A stretch of 37,592 nt of DNA from positions 1 through 37,592 of the forward strand of contig JAITPB010000118.1 in the NCBI GenBank assembly GCA_031289625.1, written 5' to 3'. Below the pieces are notes generated by a model. It was not told the DNA's origin. It saw only the letters and a program-made list of their open reading frames with translations, and searched no databases. Origin of the DNA: Clostridiales bacterium (GTDB lineage Bacteria > Bacillota > Clostridia > Lachnospirales > WQUN01). Of the stretch, positions 17,263 to 26,101 are shown in pieces (the stretch's first letter is position 1; each line of letters starts with the position of its first letter). Position numbers and translations under genes: made by a program.

Positions 17263-18138
17263 CTAAGCCCATCTGCGTTTTTCGATGGCGTTCACAGAGA
17301 AGTATAAAAACGCGATCGTAAACGTGATGTAGTAAACAATGTCTGCAATGTTAATGACGCCGTTGTTAAAGCTGTTGAAGCGATCCATAATGGAAAACCA
17401 TCGGATGACTTTGACAATAAGCCCGTCAAACACAGCAGGCCGCGCGACATACAGAGCCACGACCACAGCCAAGAGAATCAGCGGCAGAAGACTCGCGGCG
17501 TAGATATTTTTCGTGCTGTTATAGATGAGATAGGCCAGCAGCGCGAGCAGCGCCGCAATGAAAATAATAGAGGCTGTGGCGGACGCCGCCGGGCCAGAGG
17601 AAAGCCCGCTGGCGATCCAATCCATAATGTAGAAAACCAGCATCACGACAAATGTGCCGACAGCCGCGATAATTTGGTTGTCTGTCAGAACGGAAATGAA
17701 CACACCCACGGCGATAAAAGCCGCGATCAACAGAATATAGCCCAGATAGGCAGTGAGAACCGGTGCGAAAGACAGCGTTCCATACGGCGCGATCAGCAGC
17801 GGAAAAATGAAAGTGAGCGCCAGGCCGATGAGCGCCAGGATGAGCGCGGCCAAAAATTTCGCCGCGACAATACCGGCGACTGTCACCGGCGAGGTGAAAA
17901 TGAGCTGATCCGTTTTTTGCCGGGCCTCCTCCGCGAACAAGCGCATCGTCAGCACGGGCATGAGAATCAGCATAAAGATGGTGAAATAAGACATTACGTT
18001 GACAAACGCGGTAGATTGATTCAGCAAGTTGATCAGGCTGAAAATAATCCCTGTCAAGCCGACGAGAATAAACAAAAAGACATAGCCAATCCATGAGTTG
18101 AAATAATTTCTCAGCTCTTTCTTCAGTATCGCGGTCAT
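17263..18138 (-). CDS. ABC-2 type transporter permease
   Basis: 291 aa, about 6-7 TM. ATGA start/stop overlap with the upstream ATPase gene. Confidence 0.8.
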   Translation of the reverse strand: MTAILKKELRNYFNSWIGYVFLFILVGLTGIIFSLINLLNQSTAFVNVMSYFTIFMLILMPVLTMRLFAEEARQKTDQLIFTSPVTVAGIVAAKFLAALILALIGLALTFIFPLLIAPYGTLSFAPVLTAYLGYILLIAAFIAVGVFISVLTDNQIIAAVGTFVVMLVFYIMDWIASGLSSGPAASATASIIFIAALLALLAYLIYNSTKNIYAASLLPLILLAVVVALYVARPAVFDGLIVKVIRWFSIMDRFNSFNNGVINIADIVYYITFTIAFLYFSVNAIEKRRWA

Positions 18139-19085
18139 GATTCACGGCTCCCTTCACCGCTTGTGATTTGCAGGAAGATTTCTTCTAAGCTCAAGTCCAA
18201 CGATTTCATGGACAAAATGGGATAATTGTTCTTGGCCATGCAGGCAAAAATCGCTTCCCGGATATCCACATCCTCTTCGCCCGTCATAATGAGATCGATG
18301 GCGCCCGGTTCGTGGCTGCCATCCTCTTTGGCTGTTTTGATCAGGGGAAATTCCTCAATAGCGCTTAAAATCTTAGACGCCTCGCCTTTCACCCGCACTG
18401 CCATTTGGTGCCCGTGCGTCAAACCGCTGGACAGCTTTTCCGGGGTGTCGCTGGCGATGATTTTCCCTTTGCTGATGATCATCACGCGGTCGCAGACTGC
18501 GCTGACCTCGGAGAGAATGTGAGAACTCAAAATGATCGTGTGTTTCTTGCCCAGCTTCTTGACGAGATCCCGCATTTCAATGATCTGTTTCGGATCCAGG
18601 CCCACGGTAGGCTCATCCATGATGATGGCTTTGGGGTAGCCCATCATCGCCTGCGCCAGCCCCACGCGCTGCCGGTATCCTTTCGACAGATTTTTGATCA
18701 GCCTGCTGGATATGTCGGCGATTTTCACGCTCTCCTTGATGTCTTCTATCATTTGGGTGCGCTGGCCGGCTTTGACTTTTTTGATTTCGGCTACGAAGCG
18801 CAGATATTCATCCACCCTCATTTCACCGTAGACAGGCGGCATATCCGGCAGATACCCAATGTCTCGCTTGGCCTTCTCCGGCTCGGCCAGGATATCCGCG
18901 CCATTGATGATCACGTCGCCTTCCGTGGCGGAGATGTAACCGGTGACGATGTTCATCGTCGTGGTTTTCCCCGCGCCGTTCGGCCCTAAAAAACCTACGA
19001 TCTCCCCGTCCTCCGCCGTAAAGCTGATATTGTCAACCGCGCAGTGCTGGCCATACCGCTTCGTCAGATTTTTTACTTCGATCAA
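18135..19085 (-). CDS. ABC transporter ATP-binding protein
   Basis: Walker A GPNGAGKTT, signature LSKGYRQR, Walker B IIMDEP. Track start TTG 19091 moved to in-frame TTG 19085 (GGAGG plus 7 nt), giving MIEVKNLTKRYG. Confidence 0.93.
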   Translation of the reverse strand: MIEVKNLTKRYGQHCAVDNISFTAEDGEIVGFLGPNGAGKTTTMNIVTGYISATEGDVIINGADILAEPEKAKRDIGYLPDMPPVYGEMRVDEYLRFVAEIKKVKAGQRTQMIEDIKESVKIADISSRLIKNLSKGYRQRVGLAQAMMGYPKAIIMDEPTVGLDPKQIIEMRDLVKKLGKKHTIILSSHILSEVSAVCDRVMIISKGKIIASDTPEKLSSGLTHGHQMAVRVKGEASKILSAIEEFPLIKTAKEDGSHEPGAIDLIMTGEEDVDIREAIFACMAKNNYPILSMKSLDLSLEEIFLQITSGEGSRES

Positions 19086-19114
19086 ATGCAATCCCTCCGC
19101 TTTTAATTTGTCTC

Positions 19115-19143
19115 ATGATACCGTATGAAAGACGGGAGTTCAA
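19115..19143 (-). promoter_or_regulatory. Sigma-A-type promoter candidate for the ABC/GldG/DUF4340 operon
   Basis: Minus strand TTGAAC (19143-19138), 17 nt, TATCAT (19120-19115). Confidence 0.55.
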
Positions 19144-19189
19144 GTAATAATTGTAAATAAAGGCAAAAAAGAAGGGCAAAAAAACAAAG

Positions 19190-19238
19190 GCAAAATAAAA
19201 CGGCTTTTACAAGATCCGCAGTGTCCTTGTAAAAGCCG
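19190..19238 (-). terminator. Rho-independent terminator after csrA
   Basis: Perfect 13-bp stem CGGCTTTTACAAG / CTTGTAAAAGCCG (19201-19213 / 19226-19238), followed on the minus strand by TTTTATTTT. Confidence 0.8.
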
Positions 19239-19243
19239 GAATA

Positions 19244-19471
19244 TTATGCGTCAGTTCTCGTAAAATTTTTCCAGGTATCGACGTTAAGATGCCGGGTAGC
19301 CTCCAGATTTTCCATTTGGATCTGCTCAAAAATTTCTTTACGATAAACCGGAATGTTTCTGGCGGCGATGACGCCGATACGCGCCTGTTCACCTTGAACG
19401 CCGAGCAAAACCACTTCGATGTTGCTGTTGATAATAATGGATTCGCCGGTTTTACGCGTTAAGGTCAGCAC
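19244..19471 (-). CDS. csrA: Carbon storage regulator CsrA (RNA-binding translational regulator)
   Basis: 75 aa MLTLTRKTGESIIIN...RIGVIAARNIPVYRKEIFEQI. GTG start directly after the fliW stop. Confidence 0.93.
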   Translation of the reverse strand: MLTLTRKTGESIIINSNIEVVLLGVQGEQARIGVIAARNIPVYRKEIFEQIQMENLEATRHLNVDTWKNFTRTDA

Positions 19472-19936
19472 TTAACGGGAAATGGCCTCTTGCGTATGAA
19501 TTCTCTGCACATGATCATACAGACGGTACTTCATATCATAGTTGTCGTTGTCCAGTATGACCTGTTTACCCTTCTTCGTGCTGGGGTTGATGACGATAGG
19601 CGCCCGCAGGTTCGCGCGCATTTGCCTGATGTCGTCGGGTATGACCACCACATTATAGATCAGCAGATTATTCTCGTCCAGTTCGCCGAGGCTCGCCACT
19701 TCGTCCGATTTCACCAGAGGATTATATTCGGGCATGACGTTGTAGATATTAATCAAGGCAAAAGCAAGATTTCCATCTTCAACGGACTGGAGCCAGCAAA
19801 AGGTATCTTCACGCTGATTTTCCAGCAGAACCACAAATTTCTTGCTGTCGGGAAAACCAGGCAGCCCCTCGTCAAAGTGAATGCAGAGAGAGGAATCATA
19901 GTCAATTTCACCAAAATGTTTTGTTTTCAATCTCAT
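19472..19936 (-). CDS. fliW: Flagellar assembly factor FliW (CsrA antagonist)
   Basis: 154 aa. N-terminus MRLKTKHFGEIDYDSSLCIHFDEGLPGFPDSKKFVVL is typical of FliW, and it lies directly upstream of csrA. Confidence 0.9.
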   Translation of the reverse strand: MRLKTKHFGEIDYDSSLCIHFDEGLPGFPDSKKFVVLLENQREDTFCWLQSVEDGNLAFALINIYNVMPEYNPLVKSDEVASLGELDENNLLIYNVVVIPDDIRQMRANLRAPIVINPSTKKGKQVILDNDNYDMKYRLYDHVQRIHTQEAISR

Positions 19937-19954
19937 AAGTAACCTCCTAATTTG

Positions 19955-21361
19955 TTATATAAAATTAGACAGCGTCATCTGGATGATGCTGGCGCCGGCT
20001 TTCAAAGACGCTTGATAGACCGCTTCCGCGTTGGATTTTCGCATCATGGCCTCCATCATGTCCACGTCCTCGTTGTCGGACATCAGCTTTGTGTACCCGC
20101 CTTCATCCTGCTCCAGCCGGGATTGAATCAGATCCAGACGATTCATGCGCGCGCCTAGATCTGTTTGCTCTTTTGAGATATTGGCGATGTATCTGTCGCA
20201 CATCTCAAGCATGTTGTTGAAGCGATCATGCAGCACTGCGGCGAGCTGTCCTTTTTCAGCGGTGATCTGCCGGTTTACCGCCGCGTTCAGCTGATCACCC
20301 GTGAGATTGTAAGGATCACTCGAATACTTCTCACTCAGCCGCCGTTCATTGGAAATGGAAATCTCTTCTAAAAATCGGCAGAGGCGGTTGAGATCGGCGA
20401 ACATTTTATCCGTATATACGTTTTTGGCCAGCGAATTGATGTAGACATCTGTATTGACGGAAAATTCATAGGCGATATCCTGTACGGACATATCGTATGG
20501 CAACGCGCTGTCTAAATCCTTGCAGGGAAAATATACGATGGGGTTCAGTTCGCCATCCGCAAATCCTGCTTTCACATACTTGATGTCCAGCTGGGACGGA
20601 AAATCCGCGATGTCAGCGTCGCTTACAATCAATTCTCCGGTTTCTTGAATGTAAACCAGCTTGCCCGACGGTATCGACGCGGAATCATACGGATTAGGAT
20701 CCAGCGCGCTGGCCGTTATTACCTCAAAGCTGCTGTCGGTTGGCGTCAGGCTTGTGGCGTAAGAGTACGACAGTTTCATCATGTTGGAATGATAGACCAG
20801 AGGTTCATCTGTGCCGCTTGGCGAACTGACCGACAATTTTTGGTACGATTGTGTTTTTTCAATATCATTCACGGTAAAAGACTGCGTGATCTCATAGCGT
20901 TTGTCGTCCACGGCTTGGCTGAACACAGGCGGTTCATTCGTCCGAAAACCGGAGAAGACATAGCGGCCCGCGTAAGTAACATTCATTTCAGAGCCAAGCT
21001 GCCTTGTCATCTGCCGAATCTGCGCCGCGATCGCCTGCCGGTCCGTAGTCTCCAGAATGCCGTTGGCCGCTTCCACACACCGGTCTTTTATGGTTTTCAT
21101 GATATCAACGACATTATTATACGCGCCTTCTGTGACATCCATCCATGCCATTCCTTGGGAGACATTCTGCTGATATTGCTCTGTTTCGGAGACATTCGAG
21201 CGGAATTTCAAGGCTCTCGCCGCAGTAATCGGGTCGTCGGACGGGACTTGAATTTTTTTCGCCGTTGAAATTTGCGTATACAGCTTATCAATCTGGCCCA
21301 CATTCCGGTTGATATTCAGAAGCATCGTATTGGTCAGCATCATATTTGTGACGCGCACCAT
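19955..21361 (-). CDS. flgL: Flagellar hook-associated protein 3 (FlgL; flagellin-fold)
   Basis: 468 aa. Flagellin-type N-terminus MVRVTNMML...DDPITAARALKFRS and C-terminus, plus synteny with fliW-csrA. Confidence 0.85.
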   Translation of the reverse strand: MVRVTNMMLTNTMLLNINRNVGQIDKLYTQISTAKKIQVPSDDPITAARALKFRSNVSETEQYQQNVSQGMAWMDVTEGAYNNVVDIMKTIKDRCVEAANGILETTDRQAIAAQIRQMTRQLGSEMNVTYAGRYVFSGFRTNEPPVFSQAVDDKRYEITQSFTVNDIEKTQSYQKLSVSSPSGTDEPLVYHSNMMKLSYSYATSLTPTDSSFEVITASALDPNPYDSASIPSGKLVYIQETGELIVSDADIADFPSQLDIKYVKAGFADGELNPIVYFPCKDLDSALPYDMSVQDIAYEFSVNTDVYINSLAKNVYTDKMFADLNRLCRFLEEISISNERRLSEKYSSDPYNLTGDQLNAAVNRQITAEKGQLAAVLHDRFNNMLEMCDRYIANISKEQTDLGARMNRLDLIQSRLEQDEGGYTKLMSDNEDVDMMEAMMRKSNAEAVYQASLKAGASIIQMTLSNFI

Positions 21362-21426
21362 AAACCACCCCTTTAATCGCCGATGCTTTTATTATAGCCC
21401 GCCGCCGGGAAAATCATCCGCTGAAA

Positions 21427-21449
21427 TAAAAAAAGCCGCGATTGCGGCT
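21427..21449 (-). terminator. Rho-independent terminator after tatD
   Basis: Stem AGCCGC-GATT-GCGGCT (21434-21449), followed on the minus strand by T8. Confidence 0.6.
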
Positions 21450-21475
21450 GCGGCGCGCCTGTTATGAAATGGATC

Positions 21476-22240
21476 TCACAGCGGCACGCCGAACAATTTT
21501 GAAGCGTTCGCGGCGGTCGCGCTGGCGATGGCTTCCGGCGTGGTTTTTTTGAGTTCGGCGATCTTCGCGGCGATATGTGTGAGATAGCGCGAGTCATTGC
21601 GCTGCTTGCGGAAGGGAGCCGGCGTCAGATACGGGCAGTCCGTCTCCAGCAGCAGCGCGTCCAACGGCGCGGCTTCCACCACTTCTTTGAGCGTTTTGCT
21701 GTTTTCAAATGTGACGACGCCGCCAATGCCCAAAGCAAAACCCATTTTGATATAGTCCAGCGCCATGGGAACGCCGCCGGAATAGCAATGAATCACGCCT
21801 CTGCGCAAACCGCTTTGCGCGATCATTTCAAACGTTTCAGCGGCGGCTTCCCGGGAATGGATAATGACAGGCAGACCGGTTTTCCCCGCCAGTTCCATCT
21901 GCCGCTTGAACCAAAGCCGCTGCGTATCTCTGGGCGAATGATCGTAATGAAAATCCAACCCGATTTCGCCCAGCGCGACGGCCTTCGGGCACGCGCAGTA
22001 ACCTTCCAGCAGCGCAAAATTTTCTTCGTCTAGGGAACTGGCCTCATGCGGATGTACGCCCACCGCCGCATAGATAAAATCAAATCGCTCCGAAAGTTTT
22101 ATAGCGGCGAGCGAAGAGCGTATATCCGTCCCTACATTGATCACGCGCGTCACTTGAGACGCCGGCAGGGAGGCCAGCAGTTCCTCCCTGTCTTGATCAT
22201 AGCGCGCGTCGTCATAATGTGCGTGTGATTCAAAAAACAT
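21476..22240 (-). CDS. tatD: TatD-family metal-dependent hydrolase/DNase
   Basis: 254 aa. MFFESHAHYDD..., HCYSG, ETDCPYLTP. 1-nt TGATG overlap with the metG stop. Confidence 0.92.
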   Translation of the reverse strand: MFFESHAHYDDARYDQDREELLASLPASQVTRVINVGTDIRSSLAAIKLSERFDFIYAAVGVHPHEASSLDEENFALLEGYCACPKAVALGEIGLDFHYDHSPRDTQRLWFKRQMELAGKTGLPVIIHSREAAAETFEMIAQSGLRRGVIHCYSGGVPMALDYIKMGFALGIGGVVTFENSKTLKEVVEAAPLDALLLETDCPYLTPAPFRKQRNDSRYLTHIAAKIAELKKTTPEAIASATAANASKLFGVPL

Positions 22241-24264
22241 CAGCGCACCTCCGATCCGTGCGCAATGCTGCCGTCCACCGTCGCCAGGCTCAAGTTTCCT
22301 TCCCCGTCGGACGCCGCCAGCAGCATTCCCTCCGATACTTCCCCGCGGATTTTGGCCGGCTGCAAATTACTGACCACCAGCACGCGTCTGCCCACCATAT
22401 CTTCCGGCGCGTACCACTGCGCGATACCAGAGACAATCCGCCGCAGATCCTCTCCGACTTGGATTTGAGATTTTAAGAGTTTATCTGAACCCGGCACGCG
22501 TTCACACTGCATAATCAAACCGACTTTGAGCTTTACTTTCGCAAAATCCTGTATGGAAATAACGCCGTCAGGCGCGGGCTGGCCCGCAGGCTGGCCTGGT
22601 ACGAGCTGGCTCGCGGATTTCTCCCGCAATACTTTGAAAGCTTCTTCCGGCGATATCTGCTGAAATTTTCCAACGGACGGCGCGTTTGGGTCCGCCTGAT
22701 TCAGGCCGTTCAACACCGCCAATTCCTTTGGCACGTCGAGGCGCGGGAAAATGATTTCCCCTTTGACGATGGAAATGTCTTCGGGCAGCAGGCCGAACGT
22801 CTTCGCGCTTTCCCAGGCGGTCAAAGCCGGATCGGAGAAGTTGAGCTGCTCCTGGATACGCTGAGGCGTTTCCGGCATGAAAGGGCTGACCAGTACGCTG
22901 ATGATCCGCAGGGATTCCGACATGGCATAGAGTACGCCAGCCAGCTCCGGTTTTTTGGCCGGATCTTTCGCCAACACCCAAGGCGACGTCTCATCCGCGA
23001 ATTTATTCACGCGCCGGATCAAAGTCCAAATCTCCGCCAACGCCTCGCTAAAGTGAAAACTGTCCAGCGCTTCCTCTGTTTTGAGAACGGTTTGCACAGC
23101 CAGAGCGGCAATTTCCGCTTCACGGCTGTCTTGCACCCGCCGGATTTCTATTTTGCCGCCGAAATATTTGTCAATCATACCAACCGTCCGGGAGAGCAGA
23201 TTGCCCAAGTCATTGGCCAAATCCGCGTTGATGCGTTTGAGCAGCGCCTCGTCGCTGTACCCGCAGTCATTTCCATAGCTCATTTCCCGCAGCAGAAAAT
23301 ACCGGATGGCGTCCGTGCCATAGCGTTCCAGCAGAACCTTAGGATTCGCCGCGTTGCCTTTGGACTTGGACATTTTTTCGCCTTCCAGCGTAAGCCATCC
23401 ATGACCATGCACATGTTTCGGCAGAGGCTCGTTCAGCGCCATCAGCAAAGCGGGCCAAATGATAACGTGAAAGCGTACAATCTCTTTCGCCATCATATGG
23501 ACGTCCGCAGGCCAATATTTGCGGTATTCCCGATCATCGTCCGAAAGATAGCCCAGCGCGGAAATATAGTTGACCAAAGCATCCATCCAGACGTATACGA
23601 CATGGCCTGGATCAAAATCCACAGGCACGCCCCATTTGCACGCTGTCCTGGAAACGCAGAGATCCTCCAGGCCTGGTTTGATAAAGTTGTTGATCATTTC
23701 ATTCCGCCGGGACTGCGGCGTGATAAAATCGGGATGCGCTTGCAGATGTTCCGCGATTCGGTCTTGATACTTCGACAGGCGGAAAAAATAACTTTCCTCT
23801 TGGATTTTTTCCACGCTCCGGCCGCAGTCCGGACATTTTCCCTCTTTGAGCTGCCGCTCCAGAAAAAATGTCTCACAGGGCGTACAGTACCAGCCCTCAT
23901 AGACGCTCTTATAGATATCGTCCTGCTCATAGAGTTTTTTAAAGATTTGCTGAACAGCGCGCTCATGCAGTTCGTCCGTCGTCCGGATGAATATATCCAC
24001 CTCTATGCGCATGGCCTTCCATAGTTCTTTGATCCAGTCCGCAATATTGTCCACATACTCTTGGGGGGTAACGCCTTTTTTTTGGGCGGCGCGCTCAATT
24101 TTCTGTCCATGTTCATCTGTGCCCGTCAGAAACCGCACATCATACCCTCTGAGCCTTTTGTAACGGGCCATTGCGTCAGACGCCACCGTGGTATACGTCT
24201 GCCCGATGTGAAGCTTGTCGTTGGAAAAATAGATCGGCGTGGTGATGTAAAAGGTCTTATCCAT
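22240..24264 (-). CDS. metG: Methionine--tRNA ligase with C-terminal tRNA-binding (EMAP/Trbp111-like) domain
   Basis: 674 aa. IYFSNDKLHIGQTYT (HIGH-type), KMSKSKGN, CPDCGR zinc knuckle, C-terminal KVGLIMQCERVPGSDKLLKSQIQVG. Confidence 0.97.
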   Translation of the reverse strand: MDKTFYITTPIYFSNDKLHIGQTYTTVASDAMARYKRLRGYDVRFLTGTDEHGQKIERAAQKKGVTPQEYVDNIADWIKELWKAMRIEVDIFIRTTDELHERAVQQIFKKLYEQDDIYKSVYEGWYCTPCETFFLERQLKEGKCPDCGRSVEKIQEESYFFRLSKYQDRIAEHLQAHPDFITPQSRRNEMINNFIKPGLEDLCVSRTACKWGVPVDFDPGHVVYVWMDALVNYISALGYLSDDDREYRKYWPADVHMMAKEIVRFHVIIWPALLMALNEPLPKHVHGHGWLTLEGEKMSKSKGNAANPKVLLERYGTDAIRYFLLREMSYGNDCGYSDEALLKRINADLANDLGNLLSRTVGMIDKYFGGKIEIRRVQDSREAEIAALAVQTVLKTEEALDSFHFSEALAEIWTLIRRVNKFADETSPWVLAKDPAKKPELAGVLYAMSESLRIISVLVSPFMPETPQRIQEQLNFSDPALTAWESAKTFGLLPEDISIVKGEIIFPRLDVPKELAVLNGLNQADPNAPSVGKFQQISPEEAFKVLREKSASQLVPGQPAGQPAPDGVISIQDFAKVKLKVGLIMQCERVPGSDKLLKSQIQVGEDLRRIVSGIAQWYAPEDMVGRRVLVVSNLQPAKIRGEVSEGMLLAASDGEGNLSLATVDGSIAHGSEVR

Positions 24265-24452
24265 ATGTCCTCCTCGGCGCTGGTCGTGATTTTAGTATTA
24301 TAAACGAAATTTTATCGTTTTAAAAGAGTGAAATCAGCAAATGGGCAGGAGAGGGTTGGAATAAAAATCCAAAAAATGTCTATACTGATAATACGGATAA
24401 TCAGGATAAACTACCAGAATTTTTCTATGCTGTACTTAAGGAGGAAACGACA

Positions 24453-24731
24453 TTGTCAGTCATTGCCGTCAAAGACAATCCGCGCCCATTGCGAAGGCCG
24501 GCGCTCAAAGTTAGGGCGAATGCCATACACGCCAAGCTGGCCGCGGAAGAAAAAGAAATTATCGCCGCGCTGGAAGACTTGAAAAAAGAGCTCCAGGATG
24601 TTTACAATCGTCTAAACAACACGACTCATCCGGAACTCATTGATGGATGCATATATGAGATAAAAGCGATGCACGCGCGGTATAAATTTTATTTGGATCG
24701 GTGCAAGGAGCGCGGCATACACATGTTTTAG
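24453..24731 (+). CDS. DUF2508 (YaaL-like) small protein
   Basis: 92 aa. AAGGAGG plus 8 nt before TTG 24453. Lies immediately upstream of bofA, as yaaL-bofA does in Bacillus subtilis. Confidence 0.7.
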   Translation: MSVIAVKDNPRPLRRPALKVRANAIHAKLAAEEKEIIAALEDLKKELQDVYNRLNNTTHPELIDGCIYEIKAMHARYKFYLDRCKERGIHMF

Positions 24732-24741
24732 GAGGGAAAAT

Positions 24742-25011
24742 ATGGAGTCGTCACAATGGATCGGCTGGATGATCGCGGCCTGTGCCGCGTTTGTTTTATT
24801 TCTTTTCTTTTATAAAGCGCTGTTCAAGCTGCTCAAATTTGTTCTGCGGGGCGCGTTCGGCCTTTTGGGTTTTATGCTCTGCAACACTGCGCTGGCCGCT
24901 ATGGGTTTCCCGGTCATGGTCGGGGTCAATGCGCTGACTTTCGCGTTTGTGGCTGTTTTGGGCATCCCCGGTTTCATCTCGCTGTACGCGGTGCAATGGG
25001 CGCTGCGGTAA
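24742..25011 (+). CDS. bofA: BofA-family pro-sigma-K processing inhibitor
   Basis: 89 aa, two TM. Conserved ...VGVNALTFAFVAVLGIPGFISL... resembles B. subtilis BofA ...INLVTTAISGILGIPGIAAL. Confidence 0.75.
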   Translation: MESSQWIGWMIAACAAFVLFLFFYKALFKLLKFVLRGAFGLLGFMLCNTALAAMGFPVMVGVNALTFAFVAVLGIPGFISLYAVQWALR

Positions 25012-25015
25012 ACTG

Positions 25016-25408
25016 TCAGCCGTCGTCTTCATCTGGAAGCGCTGAGGAAATTTTATCATTCCTCAGCGCTTGTACGCTTTTGATCAGAGAGATCAAAAAG
25101 TCCAATTCAGCGTCGTTGAAACCGGCGATCAGGCTGGAGATTTTCGCGCGCTTCCCATGGCTCTCCGTTTCAGGGCCGACCGCCTCTTCGGAAGGCGGCT
25201 TGAGTATGCCGTCAATGGGTTTTTCAAATATTTCAGAAAGCTTATATAAAGTATACGCGGTAGCGCCTCTGCGCCCGCGCTCAATCAATCCCACAAACCC
25301 TGCCGTCAGTTCTAACAAGTCGGCCAGTTCTTCAATGGACAAATTTCTGGCGAGCCTTTCGTTACGGATATTTTCTCCCATCATTTGCCTTAGCGTTTCT
25401 TTTGTCAT
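25016..25408 (-). CDS. XRE-family helix-turn-helix transcriptional regulator
   Basis: 130 aa. IRNERLARNLSIEELADLLELTAGFVGLIERGRR. Its ATG overlaps the upstream stop (TAATG). Confidence 0.85.
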   Translation of the reverse strand: MTKETLRQMMGENIRNERLARNLSIEELADLLELTAGFVGLIERGRRGATAYTLYKLSEIFEKPIDGILKPPSEEAVGPETESHGKRAKISSLIAGFNDAELDFLISLIKSVQALRNDKISSALPDEDDG

Positions 25409-26037
25409 TACGACGCCTCCCCAATCAGCACCTTCGGCGCAAATAATTCCAAGCGGTCGAAATGTGTGGACGCTTGCGCGGCGCTCACGCCTGTATAACG
25501 CCTGTTGTAATGCGTCAGCGCGTATTTGACGTAACAGTTGATAAAAGTGCCGTTCAACAGATCGTTTGCCCCAGATCCGGGCTGGAGACGCGTGCGCAGT
25601 TTTAGAACGAGATCCTTGTCTTTGAGCGTTTCAAAAGCGGACCCCCCGCCCGCAACCCATCCCATGGTATCCCGCGCCAGCCAGCGCATGTCAAAGACGG
25701 AGCAAAAAGAATCAGCCGCGCCGGGTTCTTCTGTAAAAGCCCAGCAAATGGGTTCCAGGCGGGCGGTTTCTGATAAAATCTCGCCGACGACGACGCGATC
25801 CCATTGCTCTGGGCGAGGGCCGAGGTTAAACTGGATTTCCCATTCTATGGTCCGCGCGGCGCCGGTCTCCTGCGGATCGTTTAATTTGACCGTCAGTCTG
25901 GGGTATCCTTCAGAGAGCCGCGCGTCCTCCTCTCCGGCAGCTGTTTTAAGACTGAAGACGAGGATAAAAAAAATCAGCATAAAAATCGAAAAAAAACAGA
26001 CGGCCTTGACGCCGCGCGTCCTGTCACAGTTTCTCAT
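25408..26037 (-). CDS. Membrane-anchored hypothetical protein (N-terminal TM, about 170-aa extracytoplasmic domain)
   Basis: Track ORF 25408..26109 trimmed to ATG 26037 (AGGAGG plus 9 nt). No recognisable motif. Confidence 0.6.
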   Translation of the reverse strand: MRNCDRTRGVKAVCFFSIFMLIFFILVFSLKTAAGEEDARLSEGYPRLTVKLNDPQETGAARTIEWEIQFNLGPRPEQWDRVVVGEILSETARLEPICWAFTEEPGAADSFCSVFDMRWLARDTMGWVAGGGSAFETLKDKDLVLKLRTRLQPGSGANDLLNGTFINCYVKYALTHYNRRYTGVSAAQASTHFDRLELFAPKVLIGEAS

Positions 26038-26101
26038 GAAATGATGCCTCCTGAAGCGCGGTGCGGTATGTATAGTATTGGCCGAATTTCGCGGAAACAT
26101 C

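Noticed and set aside
21362-21426. Sigma-D (sigma-28) promoter upstream of flgL
   Set aside because: GGCGATTA resembles GCCGATAA only partially, and no TAAA box lies at the required 15-nt distance.
24265-24452. T-box leader upstream of metG
   Set aside because: The region is only about 190 nt and is shared with a divergent gene. The candidate -10 box (24302-24297) leaves a leader of about 25 nt, and no T-box consensus (AAUUAGGGUGGUACCGCG-like) is present on the minus strand.
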